A stretch of 64,000 bases of DNA from Octopus bimaculoides (GCF_001194135.2 NC_068992.1:23657914-23721913); one strand, 5' to 3'. Counted from the first letter of the stretch, positions 23,866 to 37,021 are shown. A program made the numbers and translations. The notes: generated by a model from the letters alone, not told the origin.

Positions 23866-25399
23866 GATACACATAAAGTTATGAATATTAATTCTATATT
23901 AAAGAAAGCTATTTGTTATTTAAGGCCATTTGAATGTTATTTTTCGAACAACTAACTTTTTACGTATGACATTGTGAGAGCAAAACAATGTTCTTGTCTT
24001 TGCTTGAGCAACGGACCAACGATGAGCATTTACTTTGTCACTAAACTTTTCTAAAATTACATCAAGATATTTCAAAATAAAGTGAGTGGGGACGATATAT
24101 GCCGCATTGTACAATATACATTCTGTTAGATATACGAAAATTACAGATCTACAAAACTACAATGTACATGGTGTAGTACAATTTATGACACGAAAATAAT
24201 TGTTCTTTTTTTTCTGTGGGGCAAAGTCAAATAGGGAGCTGAGGTATTCCACGTTTGTTAATGTGGAAAAAACCACTACAGAAGTTTCAAATTACTCTTC
24301 CCAGAGCCACTATGGGCTGCATTGCTCCCATACGTATTGTCATGTGGGCCGCATATTTTTAAGCACAAGCTTTTCAAGAGAGATTTTCATCATATCAGTT
24401 CTTGATTATTAATTAAAAATCTGTTACAAATTTCTATTTGCTCATCGATAATTTATAAATAAAATTATTATTCACCATTTTCATTGTTACAAAGTTTTTG
24501 AATTCGTCAATTTTTAATCTCTAGGTTTTCGTGCCCTATTCTCCTGTCAGTTACCTTCCGATTATCTTCGTTCGTGTGCTCCCTAGATTCAATTTCAATC
24601 ACCCACTAACACTAATGTGGAAGAATATCCAAGAAAACCTCTCTTTTATGTCTGAAGAAATTTGGCAGCCTGTCTCTTGATACGATATGAATAGTTATTG
24701 GACTGAAGGCTCTACTTACAATGTTATTGATACTTACATATAAACCACCGGTTTCCTGAGCTCGTTTAGATAAAACGATATCCATCTTTGTATAAACCTT
24801 TCTGAAACAGCACCACCACGCCATTTCCTGTATTGAAGGAACCATAAAATTTGTACTCTTCCAGATGGAGGGCAAAGGATTACATTTCGGAAAAAATGAT
24901 CTCATTAACCCATAAACTGCCGAATTTTTTTATTCATATTTTTTGGCTTTGCCACGTGTCTTAGGAGTTAAAATAATATATAGTATTTAAATTTTCTTCA
25001 TCTGTGAACTATTTTGGAAATTATGATAAATTTTTTGAAATGTCTTAAATGGGGATCGCTGAAAAAAGCATATTTATCCTTTTCTAATCAATTGCAATTA
25101 TAAACATTTTAGTTTTTTTTTTTTTGGAAACTATAGTACCAATGCGAATGTATATGAAATATCAATGAATGATATAGATGGTAAATGCAAAACAAAAAAT
25201 ATGCTTATGTACATTGCATTTGTAGAGGTGTGTTAAACAATATTCAGTAGTTAAAGTTTGTCATTATTAGCTCTGCATAATTCTAGAGGACATTTTACGT
25301 CATAAATTGCAATTATAAACATTTTAGTTTTCTTTTTTTTTTTTTTTAAACTATAGTACCGATGCTTTTGTATCTTGTAAAAATTGTGGTTAATGAATC

Positions 25400-26060
25400 C
25401 AGTCACTTCTTTCTACTTGTTTAAATTTCGGCCAAATTTCCCACAATGTACTGATACCCTTATTTTATAATATTCGAACCGTTTGGTGAAATTTGTTTGT
25501 TATTTTCGTATACATACTTTTGTAATATAATTACATTTTGCTATCACGATATTGTATTGAAAATTCTTCTCCATTTTGAATACATATTTTTTTTCTGCTA
25601 CATTACCTGTAGATTTTTTATTTACTTTCCATAGCAGTACACATTATCTGTAATTTTACATTATCCTGAAACTTTACACCTTATTCTTTTTTCTTACAAA
25701 ATATATCAAATTTACATAGATGGCATCTGTTTCTTCCAAGGACTTATATTTCTTCATTTTCTTAATCTTTTTTTGAATTTTATCTTTCATATAAACATTC
25801 TACTCTGGTTCCATGTAAACCTCATTCCTTTATTTTCATGTGTTGTTCTGATTCTTCTAAGATATCTCTCATTCCAGGGTGTATAACTAACTGCACTTGT
25901 TATCTTTCACGTTGCCTTATGTTAATATTGTTACCTTGATGGGGCTCAAGATATGTATGCAGTCTCTTTGGTTTCATCCAATGTGTTTTATTGATATGAT
26001 GTTGTAGGAATACATAATTGCAATGTTCTTGCTATCTTGTGTTCAAGTGAGCTCTCCTTT
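25400..26060 (-). mobile_element. Possible decayed Dong/R4 ORF fragment (pre-RT region)
   Basis: Minus-strand NTLDETKETAY and YTPWNERYLRRIR resemble the pre-RT motifs L.ETN.L.YA and PPW.RRL..KI; the fragment abuts the (AAT)n(GAA)n tract. Confidence 0.3.
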
Positions 26061-26089
26061 TAAATGTCTGTAGTGAAAATTTCGTGCTT

Positions 26090-26191
26090 CTGCTTCCTCT
26101 CCTTCCACTTCTCCTCCTCGCCCTCCTCCTCCTTCTTCTTCTTCTTCTTCTTCTTCTTCTTCTTCTTCTCCTTCTCCTTCTCCTTCTTCTT

Positions 26192-26266
<75 letters not shown>
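26090..26266. repeat. Compound microsatellite (CCT/CTT)n(TTA)n
   Basis: Read directly from the sequence. Confidence 0.97.
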
Positions 26267-26268
<2 letters not shown>

Positions 26269-26615
26269 GTTCAAATTCCGCCGAGGACGACTTTGTCTTT
26301 CATTCTTTCGTGGCTGATGAAGTGAGTACCAGTGAAACACTGGGTTCAATGTAATCGATAAGTTTCCCACCCCACAAATATCAGGCCTTGTCTCTTTAGT
26401 AGAAATAATTATTAAGGTGGCTAGCAGACAGAATCATTAACCCACCGGGCAAAATGCTTGGCGGAATTTCGTCCGTCGCTATGTTCTGAGTTCAAGGTTT
26501 GACGAGGTCGACTTTGCCTTTCATCCTATCGGGGTCGATATATTTGCTTGGGTTCCTGTAATCGAGTAGTCCTCTCTCGCAAAATTTCAGGCCTTGTGAC
26601 TTTAGTAGAAATCAC
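26265..26615 (+). mobile_element. Two tandem SINE family B copies (about 26265-26405 and 26416-26615)
   Basis: Both carry the GTTCAA...CGAGG.CGACTTTG.CTTTCAT body and the tail ending CCTTGT..CTTTAGTAGAAA. Confidence 0.75.
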
Positions 26616-26769
26616 TACCATTATTATAGATGTTGCTGTTGTTGGCGCCAAAACTAGACGTGTCCCGAACGCTGTGTGTACTAGTGATTTATTTTCACTT
26701 GTCAATGCGAGCAAAAATCATTGCTATCTGTCCTAAGTGGCAAAATTTTGGAAACAAAACATTTTTATC

Positions 26770-27780
26770 AAAATTTTAAAAAACATTTTGATATGGCTGA
26801 ACAGGGTAGAGTGTAAATATCCTGGTTTGGATCGTATCTCCTATGAACTGTACTTTCATAGACCAGACTAGTTTGGAGGCCACTGGTCAGATATTTATCG
26901 CCACTGCCAGCAGAATGGGAGAGTTCAAATTTCTGTGAGTCTCGGAGCAGTGGTTCTGGCAAGAAGGCACGCGAACAAGGAAGACAAAGTCGATAGATTC
27001 AGGCCGATAACGCTACTGAACGCACATATCAAAATTTTGGCCAAGGTCTTAGTAAAGAAGTTTCGCTTGTCGTCAAGGACTAATTAATGATGAGCATATA
27101 TGCGAGGTTAGTCAATCTCCCCCAGAAATGGGATGAGAGAAACCTATTCTTGAAAGGTCGGGTAGAGGTGGTGAATGCTTATATCGCCTCCATGTATATA
27201 TTACCACCTGACCGCTGTGCCATATTCCAATTCACGTCTAACGAAACTGGAGCGAATTGTTTTCCCTCTATCTGTGGAAGCGACGCGATCCACTGATCAG
27301 GTGCTCTATTTCTAGTCAACATCCTCTAAATGGAAGACTGGACATGCTGTAGACTATGATATGCAAACATACGCTGATGCTACGACAGATCTGCAGTCGC
27401 CGTTTGTCAGACATGATTTTACACTGCTCGTCTCTTTGGCTGAGCTGCAGTTCTGGCCTCGCAATATTACCAGGGTGCATTGCCGATCCGGGATTCATTC
27501 TACACGTATGGAAGTGCAGTTAATCGGATCTGCTCGGAAGGCCCGCAGAGTGCCAAAAGTATTTTGCACGCACTCGTCCATGGTCCACACATTGTTGACT
27601 TATGTGAGTATGTTTTAAACTTGCTAGCGCGTGTAAGACGGATTCAGCTATCGACTGAGACCGTTGTAAAGATGTCTCCACCGCCTTCCTTTGGCCGGAA
27701 AGGGCAGGGTGTGTTTAGTTTTCTGCAGGTAGTAGCAAAAGTGGCTGGGTTTTGGATGCGGCTGAAAACGGCTGAGTACA
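26770..27780 (+). mobile_element. Tx1/L1-clade LINE ORF2 remnant with internal deletions
   Basis: FRPITLLNAHIKILAKVL (RT N-terminus, about 27.0 kb) is joined to QKWDERNLFLKGRVEVVNAYIAS, then to the zf-RVT-like PIRDSFYTYGSAVNRICSEGPQSAKSILHALVHGP...RIQLSTETVVKMSPPPSF (ORF 27480-27908). Confidence 0.8.
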
Positions 27781-27832
27781 TCCTAACCGTGTTGTCAGCG
27801 TACAAACGATTCTGCCAACTGCTGCTTTACGT

Positions 27833-28061
27833 GTTATTTCTTTACTACCCACAAGGGGCTACACACAGAGGGGACAAACAAGGACAGACAAAGGGATTAA
27901 GTCGATAATACCGACCCCAGTGCGTAATTGGTACTTATTTAATCGACCCCGAAAGGATGAAAGGCAAAGTCGACCTCGGCGGAATTTGAACTCAGAACCT
28001 AGCGGCAGACGAAATACCGCTTAGCATTTCGCCCGGCATGCTAACGTTTCTGCCAGCTCGT
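27833..28061 (-). mobile_element. SINE family B, full length with TSD
   Basis: Perfect 13-bp direct repeat TGCTGCTTTACGT at 27820-27832 and 28062-28074. Confidence 0.9.
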
Positions 28062-28594
28062 TGCTGCTTTACGTTTGTTCCTTATTGGTGATTTTGTTAT
28101 TGTTTTTTTAGTGGTTTATTATTGTGTTTACTATTACTTTGTCAACCAGTAATTGATCTGTAACGTTATATGAGTCTTTGCAGCATCTCTTCTGATATTC
28201 TTCAAACAGGTTGCGTCCTTGTAAATGTTTTTTCATCCACCATGAATTTATCACAGTTACGAGTTTCAGGTTGTATGATATTATCATATTATATGCAACT
28301 GTGGTTGTGAGGGTTTGTGGTTTGTTTATATATACAGAGATATAAACATTATTTTCGTTCCATAAGTCAGCGACTATCTCATCGTAGTGATCCCATCACC
28401 CATCTTTCTAGCCACAGCCTGCAATGCCTCGGTCCAATTTTCATCACTTTGGCTTGTAATTGTTAGACGAACGCCGGTGCATGAATGCAGTGAGAATGTG
28501 GCGCCTCCTGCAGACCATAGTTTCCTCTTAAAGTTTATAAAATGTTTACAGACCATTAGTGAACAGCCATAATGTTGGCTTTAACATTATTTCT

Positions 28595-28825
28595 TATTTC
28601 TTTCCTGCCCACAAGGGGCTGCACACAGAGGGGACAAACCAGGACACACAAACGGATTAAGTCGATTATATCGACCCCAGTGTGTAACTGGTAGTTATTT
28701 AATCGACCCCGAAAGGATGAAAGGCAAAGTCGACCTCGGCGGAATTTGAACTCAAAACGTAGCGGCAGACGAAATAGCGCTCAGCATTTCACCCGGCGTG
28801 CTAACGTTGCTGCTACCTCGCCGCT
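28595..28825 (-). mobile_element. SINE family B, full length
   Basis: Near-identical to 27833-28061. Confidence 0.9.
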
Positions 28826-30251
28826 TCGTCAGCTTTACTTTATGACAGACGTCAATCTTTTCCAATACTTAGATGGCGTCCACTCCTCCATTTCAGGAAA
28901 ATTTTTCAACACTACAAATTTAATTTTTACGCTCTTCATCGACGTTGAGCATTCAACAATATATCAAAATATTCTTGAAAGGAGGCATAAAAAATAGCNN
29001 NNNNNNNNNNNNNNNNNNNNNNNNNNNNNNNNNNNNNNNNNNNNNNNNNNNNNNNNNNNNNNNNNNNNNNNNNNNNNNNNNNNNNNNNNNNNNNNNNNNN
29101 NNNNNNNNNNNNNNNNNNNNNNNNNNNNNNNNNNNNNNNNNNNNNNNNNNNNNNNNNNNNNNNNNNNNNNNNNNNNNNNNNNNNNNNNNNNNNNNNNNNN
29201 NNNNNNNNNNNNNNNNNNNNNNNNNNNNNNNNNNNNNNNNNNNNNNNNNNNNNNNNNNNNNNNNNNNNNNNNNNNNNNNNNNNNNNNNNNNNNNNNNNNN
29301 NNNNNNNNNNNNNNNNNNNNNNNNNNNNNNNNNNNNNNNNNNNNNNNNNNNNNNNNNNNNNNNNNNNNNNNNNNNNNNNNNNNNNNNNNNNNNNNNNNNN
29401 NNNNNNNNNNNNNNNNNNNNNNNNNNNNNNNNNNNNNNNNNNNNNNNNNNNNNNNNNNNNNNNNNNNNNNNNNNNNNNNNNNNNNNNNNNNNNNNNNNNN
29501 NNNNNNNNNNNNNNNNNNNNNNNNNNNNNNNNNNNNNNNNNNNNNNNNNNNNNNNNNNNNNNNNNNNNNNNNNNNNNNNNNNNNNNNNNNNNNNNNNNNN
29601 NNNNNNNNNNNNNNNNNNNNNNNNNNNNNNNNNNNNNNNNNNNNNNNNNNNNNNNNNNNNNNNNNNNNNNNNNNNNNNNNNNNNNNNNNNNNNNNNNNNN
29701 NNNNNNNNNNNNNNNNNATATACAGATATATATAAACCTATATTACCCAAAGTGAAATGTATCTGTAAATGCTAGTATAAAAAAATGTATGAAAGTTTGT
29801 TTGTATGTGGGAATGTGTGTATGCATGTGTGTATGTGTGTGTGTGTGTGTGTGCGCGCGCGCGCGCGTGTGTGTGTGTACATCTGCGTTGTCTTGTAACG
29901 TCCTTTTTTTTAGATGTGATTGCTGTGAAATATTGGTGAATGTTTTTTACATACAGTTTGGTCTTATTCTTACTATCATAAACAGGAATCACTTGAGGCA
30001 AAACGACCGCCATGATACTGTGCAAAGGAGACCTCTGTTTTGTTACAGCAGTGTATTTCTCTCAGGCCATCAACACTAGTGTTTGGAACTAACACCAAAC
30101 ATGTTATAACAACAAATATCGTGTTTCTTTTTTTTTTTATGTTTGGGTTCTTTGCACTAATCGAAGTGAGCATCATATTTACCATCCTGGTTGAGCATCC
30201 CATAGCAAATGTCACTGATGATCTGCATCATTGTCGTTGTTGTCGTCGCCG

Positions 30252-30282
<31 letters not shown>

Positions 30283-30359
30283 ATCATATGCCAATAGTAT
30301 TTTCTATTTTGCTGGGTGTATATACGTTCGTGCTAGTCATACACACACAAATACATACA

Positions 30360-30393
<34 letters not shown>

Positions 30394-32834
30394 GACTATG
30401 AATGTATATTTGCACACACGCACACACACATATGTATGTATGTATGTATGTATGTACATATGTACATATGTGTGTATGTATGTATGTATGTATGTATGTA
30501 TGTAGGTAGGTAGGTAGGTAGGTAGGTAGGTAGGTAGGTAGGTATGTAGGTAGGTGCAGATATAAATGTATATTTGACAACTTTCTAAACTACAGATTAT
30601 GTAATATAGTGGCGCTACACATATGTCGACGGAGGTTTGCAAAATGGGACGACAAGGAATCCATGGAAAAACGACACTGGAGACACGGACATTTCTCTTC
30701 ATTTGTCGGTCGAACCATACGAACCAACCTTGTGGCAGGAGTCGCAAATGAGTGCAGTGACATCAAATTCCCTTATTCACCAAATGCCTCATATGAGAGG
30801 AAGTTTTCGATCATAACAGTATTGCAAAACAGCGGTGCCCGAGTATCGCTATAGCTTTGAGCTGAAAATCGAAAAAAAATCCAAGAAATGTATGTTTGTA
30901 TGTATGTATGTATGTATGTATGTATGTATGCATGTATATATGTATGTAAGTATATATGTATTTAAATGTATTTATATACACTGTTTATTAAATGCGAGAA
31001 ACATCTTCACGAACTGTTACTCCGTGTTTGAGGTAATAATCGTTAATCGGACAATATGATCACAATTGTCCGCTGAACTGTAACGTTAGACTATGCGACA
31101 CAGTTTGTGAAGAATTTTTCGCTTTTGATAAATCGCATTCTACTATACCTCAGCTACTCAAGTGCAATTTTTTCTGGCTTGTTTTACATTTATGCGCTTA
31201 CTTATATATGCATAACTATGTGTGTTTGCGTGTATATATACGCACACATACACACACGCACATACACACACGCACATGCACACATACCTATCCCTTCATA
31301 CATACATACATATACTACATCCCTGCAAATCATTTAGTAATATTCTTGTACATGAAGCTATGCTTGCTTTTGGCTTTAAACTGAAATGCATACCATAATT
31401 GATATACATACCACAAGCATACATAGGTGGTAAACGTTGGATTGGCCGTACATACATATATACATTTCTATGCATATTCAATTTATATGTGTGTGTATAT
31501 GTGTTTGCGTGAGTGAGTCTGTGAGTTGGTGCCTGTGTTTGTGTTTGAAAGCAAATTAGTTTCGACACTATCGGATCTATTACAGGAATCTCTGTTTAAT
31601 TACCTTAATGAAATATTATATTAATTATCAAATGAATTACAACTATCATGTTCCCCTTCTCTTTGGATCATCATATATTAATACAAATCCTTACTTCGTG
31701 CCATGATTATTGGCATTATAATCACGAAGCGCGTTTGTTGCAACCTATCCTTAAATTATATATGCCTGTCGAAAATGAGTATTACCAAATGTGATAATAT
31801 TACACATTCTACTCTTCAAGAAGACACCGAATACAAGCATAAATTCTACTGTTTCAGACATTCGTAGACAACGTACTAGGTATATTTTAAGGCTTTCAAT
31901 AAAAAACCCAACATCCATGTACGAGAATTCACCGTTATATTTAAAACAGTTTAGTGTCTATAAGCTCGACGGAAATGGTTTCCAGGCTCAAGATTTCCAC
32001 AGCGAAATTCTTATAAAGATAATCTACATAGGTAAAATATTTACGAAGGATTTTTGAGGTCAATCCAGATCTGGACATCGGCATCAGTTTGATATTAATC
32101 TGGTAACAGATTAATATTTACTTTTTGTATTCTTTTATTATTTTGTAATATTATCTTTAAAATTATTCTCTTTATTTTTATTTCATTATTTTTTTTATTT
32201 TTTACACGTATACTTGTTACAAAGTATTTTTTTCTATACACACAACCTTCTAAACCACAGAATTTAGGTATGAAAACGGCTATCGGAAAACTTGAAATGT
32301 ATTAGAGCAACTGTAAACATTATCATTAAAATAAAACTTATCCTCCAAAAAGCCTTCATCTCTACTCATTTTTTTCAAATATACTATACACTACCAAAAA
32401 CAATTTTATCATTCTACTATACATATATCGATATATACATACATATATANNNNNNNNNNNNNNNNNNNNNNNNNNNNNNNNNNNNNNNNNNNNNNNNNNN
32501 NNNNNNNNNNNNNNNNNNNNNNNATATATAAAGGGAACAGAAAATGGAGAAATATTGATGAGCAACAATTGACATACGTCAATTAGTATTTGTTAAGTCA
32601 ATACAGATAGACTACTTGTATTGTATTAATAAATAATAATTGATGTAAGTGAATTGTTGTCCATTAAACTTTCTCCAGTTTCTGTTTTCTCTAAATTTTG
32701 ATTCTTGATAAACTCATGTTATCCTCGGTTTGCATACGTGTGCCTATGGTGAAATATGCGGAATATACCGGTAGTATAATGGATACTTCTAGCTCTTAGA
32801 CTGTTATTTTGACCTCTAACTCAGCTAAACTTTC

Positions 32835-32934
<100 letters not shown>

Positions 32935-32963
32935 TCTCCGTGTTTTTCTCCTTGTCTCCGTAT

Positions 32964-33000
32964 TCTTTCTGTTGAAGAGCGTAGCTCGAAACGTTAAAAA
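32964..33000 (+). ncRNA. Hammerhead-like motif of a second repeat family (CUGUUGA core variant)
   Basis: UCUUU CUGUUGA A GAGC GUA GCUC GAA ACGU U AAAAA. Topology matches the family H motif but the sequence is unrelated; A6 is replaced by U. Confidence 0.45.
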
Positions 33001-34297
33001 CTTTCTGTATTCCCGAGCGTCATACTAATACATCCTTTTGTTGTTTACACCACCTGTCCTCGTCTGTTGTTGTTTTTTCGTACATTCTCCCATATATATA
33101 TACGTAAAAAGTTAGCGCTTCGGCAAAATATATTGAAATCATAAACACCAGGCATTAAATGATTTAAGATTTGGGATTGACTTTTTCGATTGTCTTTCAA
33201 TGCCGTTTCCCATGTTGGAAACGGATAAATGACTAATAACTGAAACAAATTATATTAAAGAGCTAAAATCACCTCATAAAACTGACTTCCACATAGATAA
33301 TATCCCTCTCACTGTTCGAACCAAAATAATATCAAGTACTTTTCAGAAAGGCAAGCAAAGACATTAGCATATTTGTATATTTGCATATTTGCATTCGAAT
33401 GCACAGGAAAATATTACGAATAAATATGCAAATCAAATTTTCAGATATCGCTGTACATGTTAGAAATAACGATTTATTATCAGGTGGCATACAGCAGCAC
33501 TGATCGGTAAAAGAGTTTGTTCGCTGAACTTATAAATAAGACCATTGGCTTCCTTTTGCAATCATAGATCCGTCTATTTCTGACTTTTACGACATGCAGT
33601 ATCGAAACAGAGGTGTCGACTGTCCCTCTGGAAAAATGAATCGAAGAGTGTTACGAACACACCGTTGCTGTAAAATATCGTGGTGTTACTATGATGAATA
33701 AAACAGCGGTTACCGTATTTGCATTCAAATCCACCAGGAAATATTACTAAATAAATATGCAAGCCATACTTTTCGAGTCTCGCTGCTTACTGTGTAAATG
33801 ATGATATATATATATATATATATATATATANNNNNNNNNNNNNNNNNNNNNNNNNNNNNNNNNNNNNNNNNNNNNNNNNNNNNNNNNNNNNNNNNNNNNN
33901 NNNNNNNNNNNNNNNNNNNNNNNNNNNNNNNNNNNNNNNNNNNNNNNNNNNNNNNNNNNNNNNNNNNNNNNNNNNNNNNNNNNNNNNNNNNNNNNNNNNN
34001 NNNNNNNNNNNNNNNNNNNNNNNNNNNNNNNNNNNNNNNNNNNNNNNNNNNNNNNNNNNNNNNNNNNNNNNNNNNNNNNNNNNNNNNNNNNNNNNNNNNN
34101 NNNNNNNNNNNNNNNNNNNNNNNNNNNNNNNNNNNNNNNNATATATAAATACACACAGATTTCGCATAGGGATCGCGATGCTAATAACATGGTGTAGAAC
34201 TCAATAGAATTATGATTCATAACAAAACGCTAGTCGACTACAGAGCAGTAATAAGATATGTGATGATAAAAGAATAAACGATTCTCTTCTACTCTAT

Positions 34298-34446
34298 TCA
34301 CAAGGCCCAAGATTTTAGGGGAGGGAGCCAGTCGATTAGATCGACACCAGTACGCAACTGGTACTTAATTTATCGAATCCGAAAGGGTGAAAACAAAGTC
34401 GACCCCGGTAGAATTTGAACTCAGAACGTAAAAAAAACAGACGAAA
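34298..34446 (-). mobile_element. SINE family B (5'-truncated)
   Basis: GTCGATTAGATCGACACCAGTACGCAACTGGTACTTAATTTATCGA...GAATTTGAACTCAGAACG. Confidence 0.75.
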
Positions 34447-34629
34447 AAAGGGATATACAATTATCTTATGAACTTCGTTAGCTAACGGCTGTTTCCGCAG
34501 TGAGGTGATGTGGATTAATGTAATATTTGAGAAGGTGAATAACACAGTACTGCTTCATCTATCACCAGATATGAAGGGTAATTTATTTGGTGAAAACGAT
34601 TACATTTATGCGCATACGCAGGAAAAGGC

Positions 34630-34676
<47 letters not shown>

Positions 34677-35124
34677 TACGTGTATGTGTGTGTATAATAA
34701 ACATACTGATCACGCGCTTATGTCTAGGTACGTTCATGTGTGAGTATATGTTTTTGTATATCGGTGTATGTAATACATAAAAAAAACTAATTTAAATTAG
34801 GTGGAATGACGATATTTCATGCCACATAACACGAATTTCTCTTTACTGTTTGTTACAAGAGCACATATATATATATATATATATAAATTAACTTGCACTA
34901 AAGCTTTTTTCTTCTGTAAATATTAAATTCATTATATGTTTCAGATAATATCTTTTGTAATTATAACTATATATTTGAAGGCGATAGATTTCAAGTCATG
35001 TTTCAATGATGTAATTGTGTGAATTCGTAACTGTAAAATACAGTATGTATTCACATTGAAATATAATTTACTCGTGAACAATAACACTTTGATATATGTA
35101 AATGTGTGTATATACATAAATAAA

Positions 35125-35162
<38 letters not shown>

Positions 35163-35862
35163 NNNNNNNNNNNNNNNNNNNNNNNNNNNNNNNNNNNNNN
35201 NNNNNNNNNNNNNNNNNNNNNNNNNNNNNNNNNNNNNNNNNNNNNNNNNNNNNNNNNNNNNNNNNNNNNNNNNNNNNNNNNNNNNNNNNNNNNNNNNNNN
35301 NNNNNNNNNNNNNNNNNNNNNNNNNNNNNNNNNNNNNNNNNNNNNNNNNNNNNNNNNNNNNNNNNNNNNNNNNNNNNNNNNNNNNNNNNNNNNNNNNNNN
35401 NNNNNATATAGATAGATAGATAGATAGATAGATACATAGATAGATAGATAGATAGATAGATACGTAAATTCTAATATACATATAGATATATGTAAATCGG
35501 TGCTACTTTCGTATGCGATCTATGTAGTCATCGTGATCTACAAGAGTCAAATTCTACTTTAGTATGCAATCTACCTGTTTCATTAATTTATTGTGGTTTA
35601 AATAAACAACTCTTACATTCTTATACATTTATTTTTTAAAAAATCATTAAGATTAACAGATTTGAAATAAATTTACTAATTTTATGGGTGAATCAAACGA
35701 ACGTCAGCTAGAAATGTAAAAAAAAATTATTGATAATTATATTTTTTATATATTTTATACATTTATTACTACAAAGAAATTATAACGAAGCAAATTTGAA
35801 ACAAGTTTACTAATTTTATCAGCGAATCGAACACACATGAGGTAGAAAGCTGTTCTTGATAA

Positions 35863-35985
35863 TTATTTACATTTGAAAGATATTTGTCCTCATCTCGATG
35901 AGGACAAATATCCGTCAAATGAAAATAATGTCAATACTGTAAATAAGGTACCTAATTCCTCATCTCCTCTTTAATATAGAACTAG
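35863..35985 (+). mobile_element. Family H copy 5: collapsed fold-back with the centre lost, flanked by a TSD
   Basis: Hairpin ATATTTGTCCTCATC-TC-GATGAGGACAAATAT; 3' end ...TAATATAGAACT; direct repeat TCTTGATAA at 35854-35862 and 35986-35994. Confidence 0.85.
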
Positions 35986-37021
35986 TCTTGATAAGTATAA
36001 CTTTTCTTGTAGGCCACAATATAAAGTGTAGATCACATACCAAAGTATCACCCATACAGCTATGTTTGGTCTATCTATCTTGTTCTCACCATCCAATTTT
36101 TTTACGAATGGGTAGTCACCATAGATCGATATTGGACTATACATATCATAATAATATAATAGAGAAGACTTATTAATAATTGCTGTGGAAGTTACTTTTA
36201 CTAAACGAAAACAATTATTCCAGTCTGCATCGTCAAGATAATACTCAAAATTTTAATTTCAGTATATTTGTATTTTTAATCTTCATATTGTTTTTGTTAT
36301 TGAAGGTTCTAATTGCATGTTTCTGCCAGAAAACTAATTACGATTCATTAGGAGAAAGCATTTTGACACTGTCGTAGCGTTGTGTTTAGATTTTACGTAA
36401 GAACACCTTTTTCTTAGATCTTGCACAGGATATATTTTCTTCTTACAACACATGTTATGGCTCAGGTCTCCACAGGTAAACATACGTACGTACGTACATA
36501 CATACACATATACATACATGCATACATACATGCATGTTGGGGTCCTGTGATGTGTAACACACTGCCTAGATACCAATCTTGTAATACTAGGCTTCTTAAA
36601 ACCAGAAAGGAGAAAGCCGATTCGAAAAGTAGAGATCCAATCCATCACCAGAACTGAAAAACTTCGTGAAACTTTGCAGAAAATCATGTAAAAATACATG
36701 AGCATGTCTAGATATGCAAATATATGCATGAGAATATATACATGAAACAAAATATACAAATCTGCAGAAATACATATATACATACAAATATGCCCTGTTG
36801 ATGTTTTTGCAATTCTAATGAAGGACCTTTGATCTAGGTTAGAAACTGGGCTATGTATATTGGCAAGAAATCTTGAAATAAAACTGAATAATGGCATACA
36901 GACATGCATGCGTGCATGCATGTATGCTCACAAACATACATACACCCATATATATATATTTATGCGTGTGCTTTATAAGGACATGTTTATGTTTATGTGT
37001 AGGTGTATTTGTATATATTCA

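Noticed and set aside
24905-24971. piggyBac-like TTAA-CCC...GAG-TTAA mini element
   Set aside because: The termini are not convincingly inverted beyond 1-3 bp.
26314-26345. CTGATGA...GAAAC spacing suggestive of a hammerhead
   Set aside because: The intervening bases cannot form stem II, and the sequence lies inside a mutated SINE B body.
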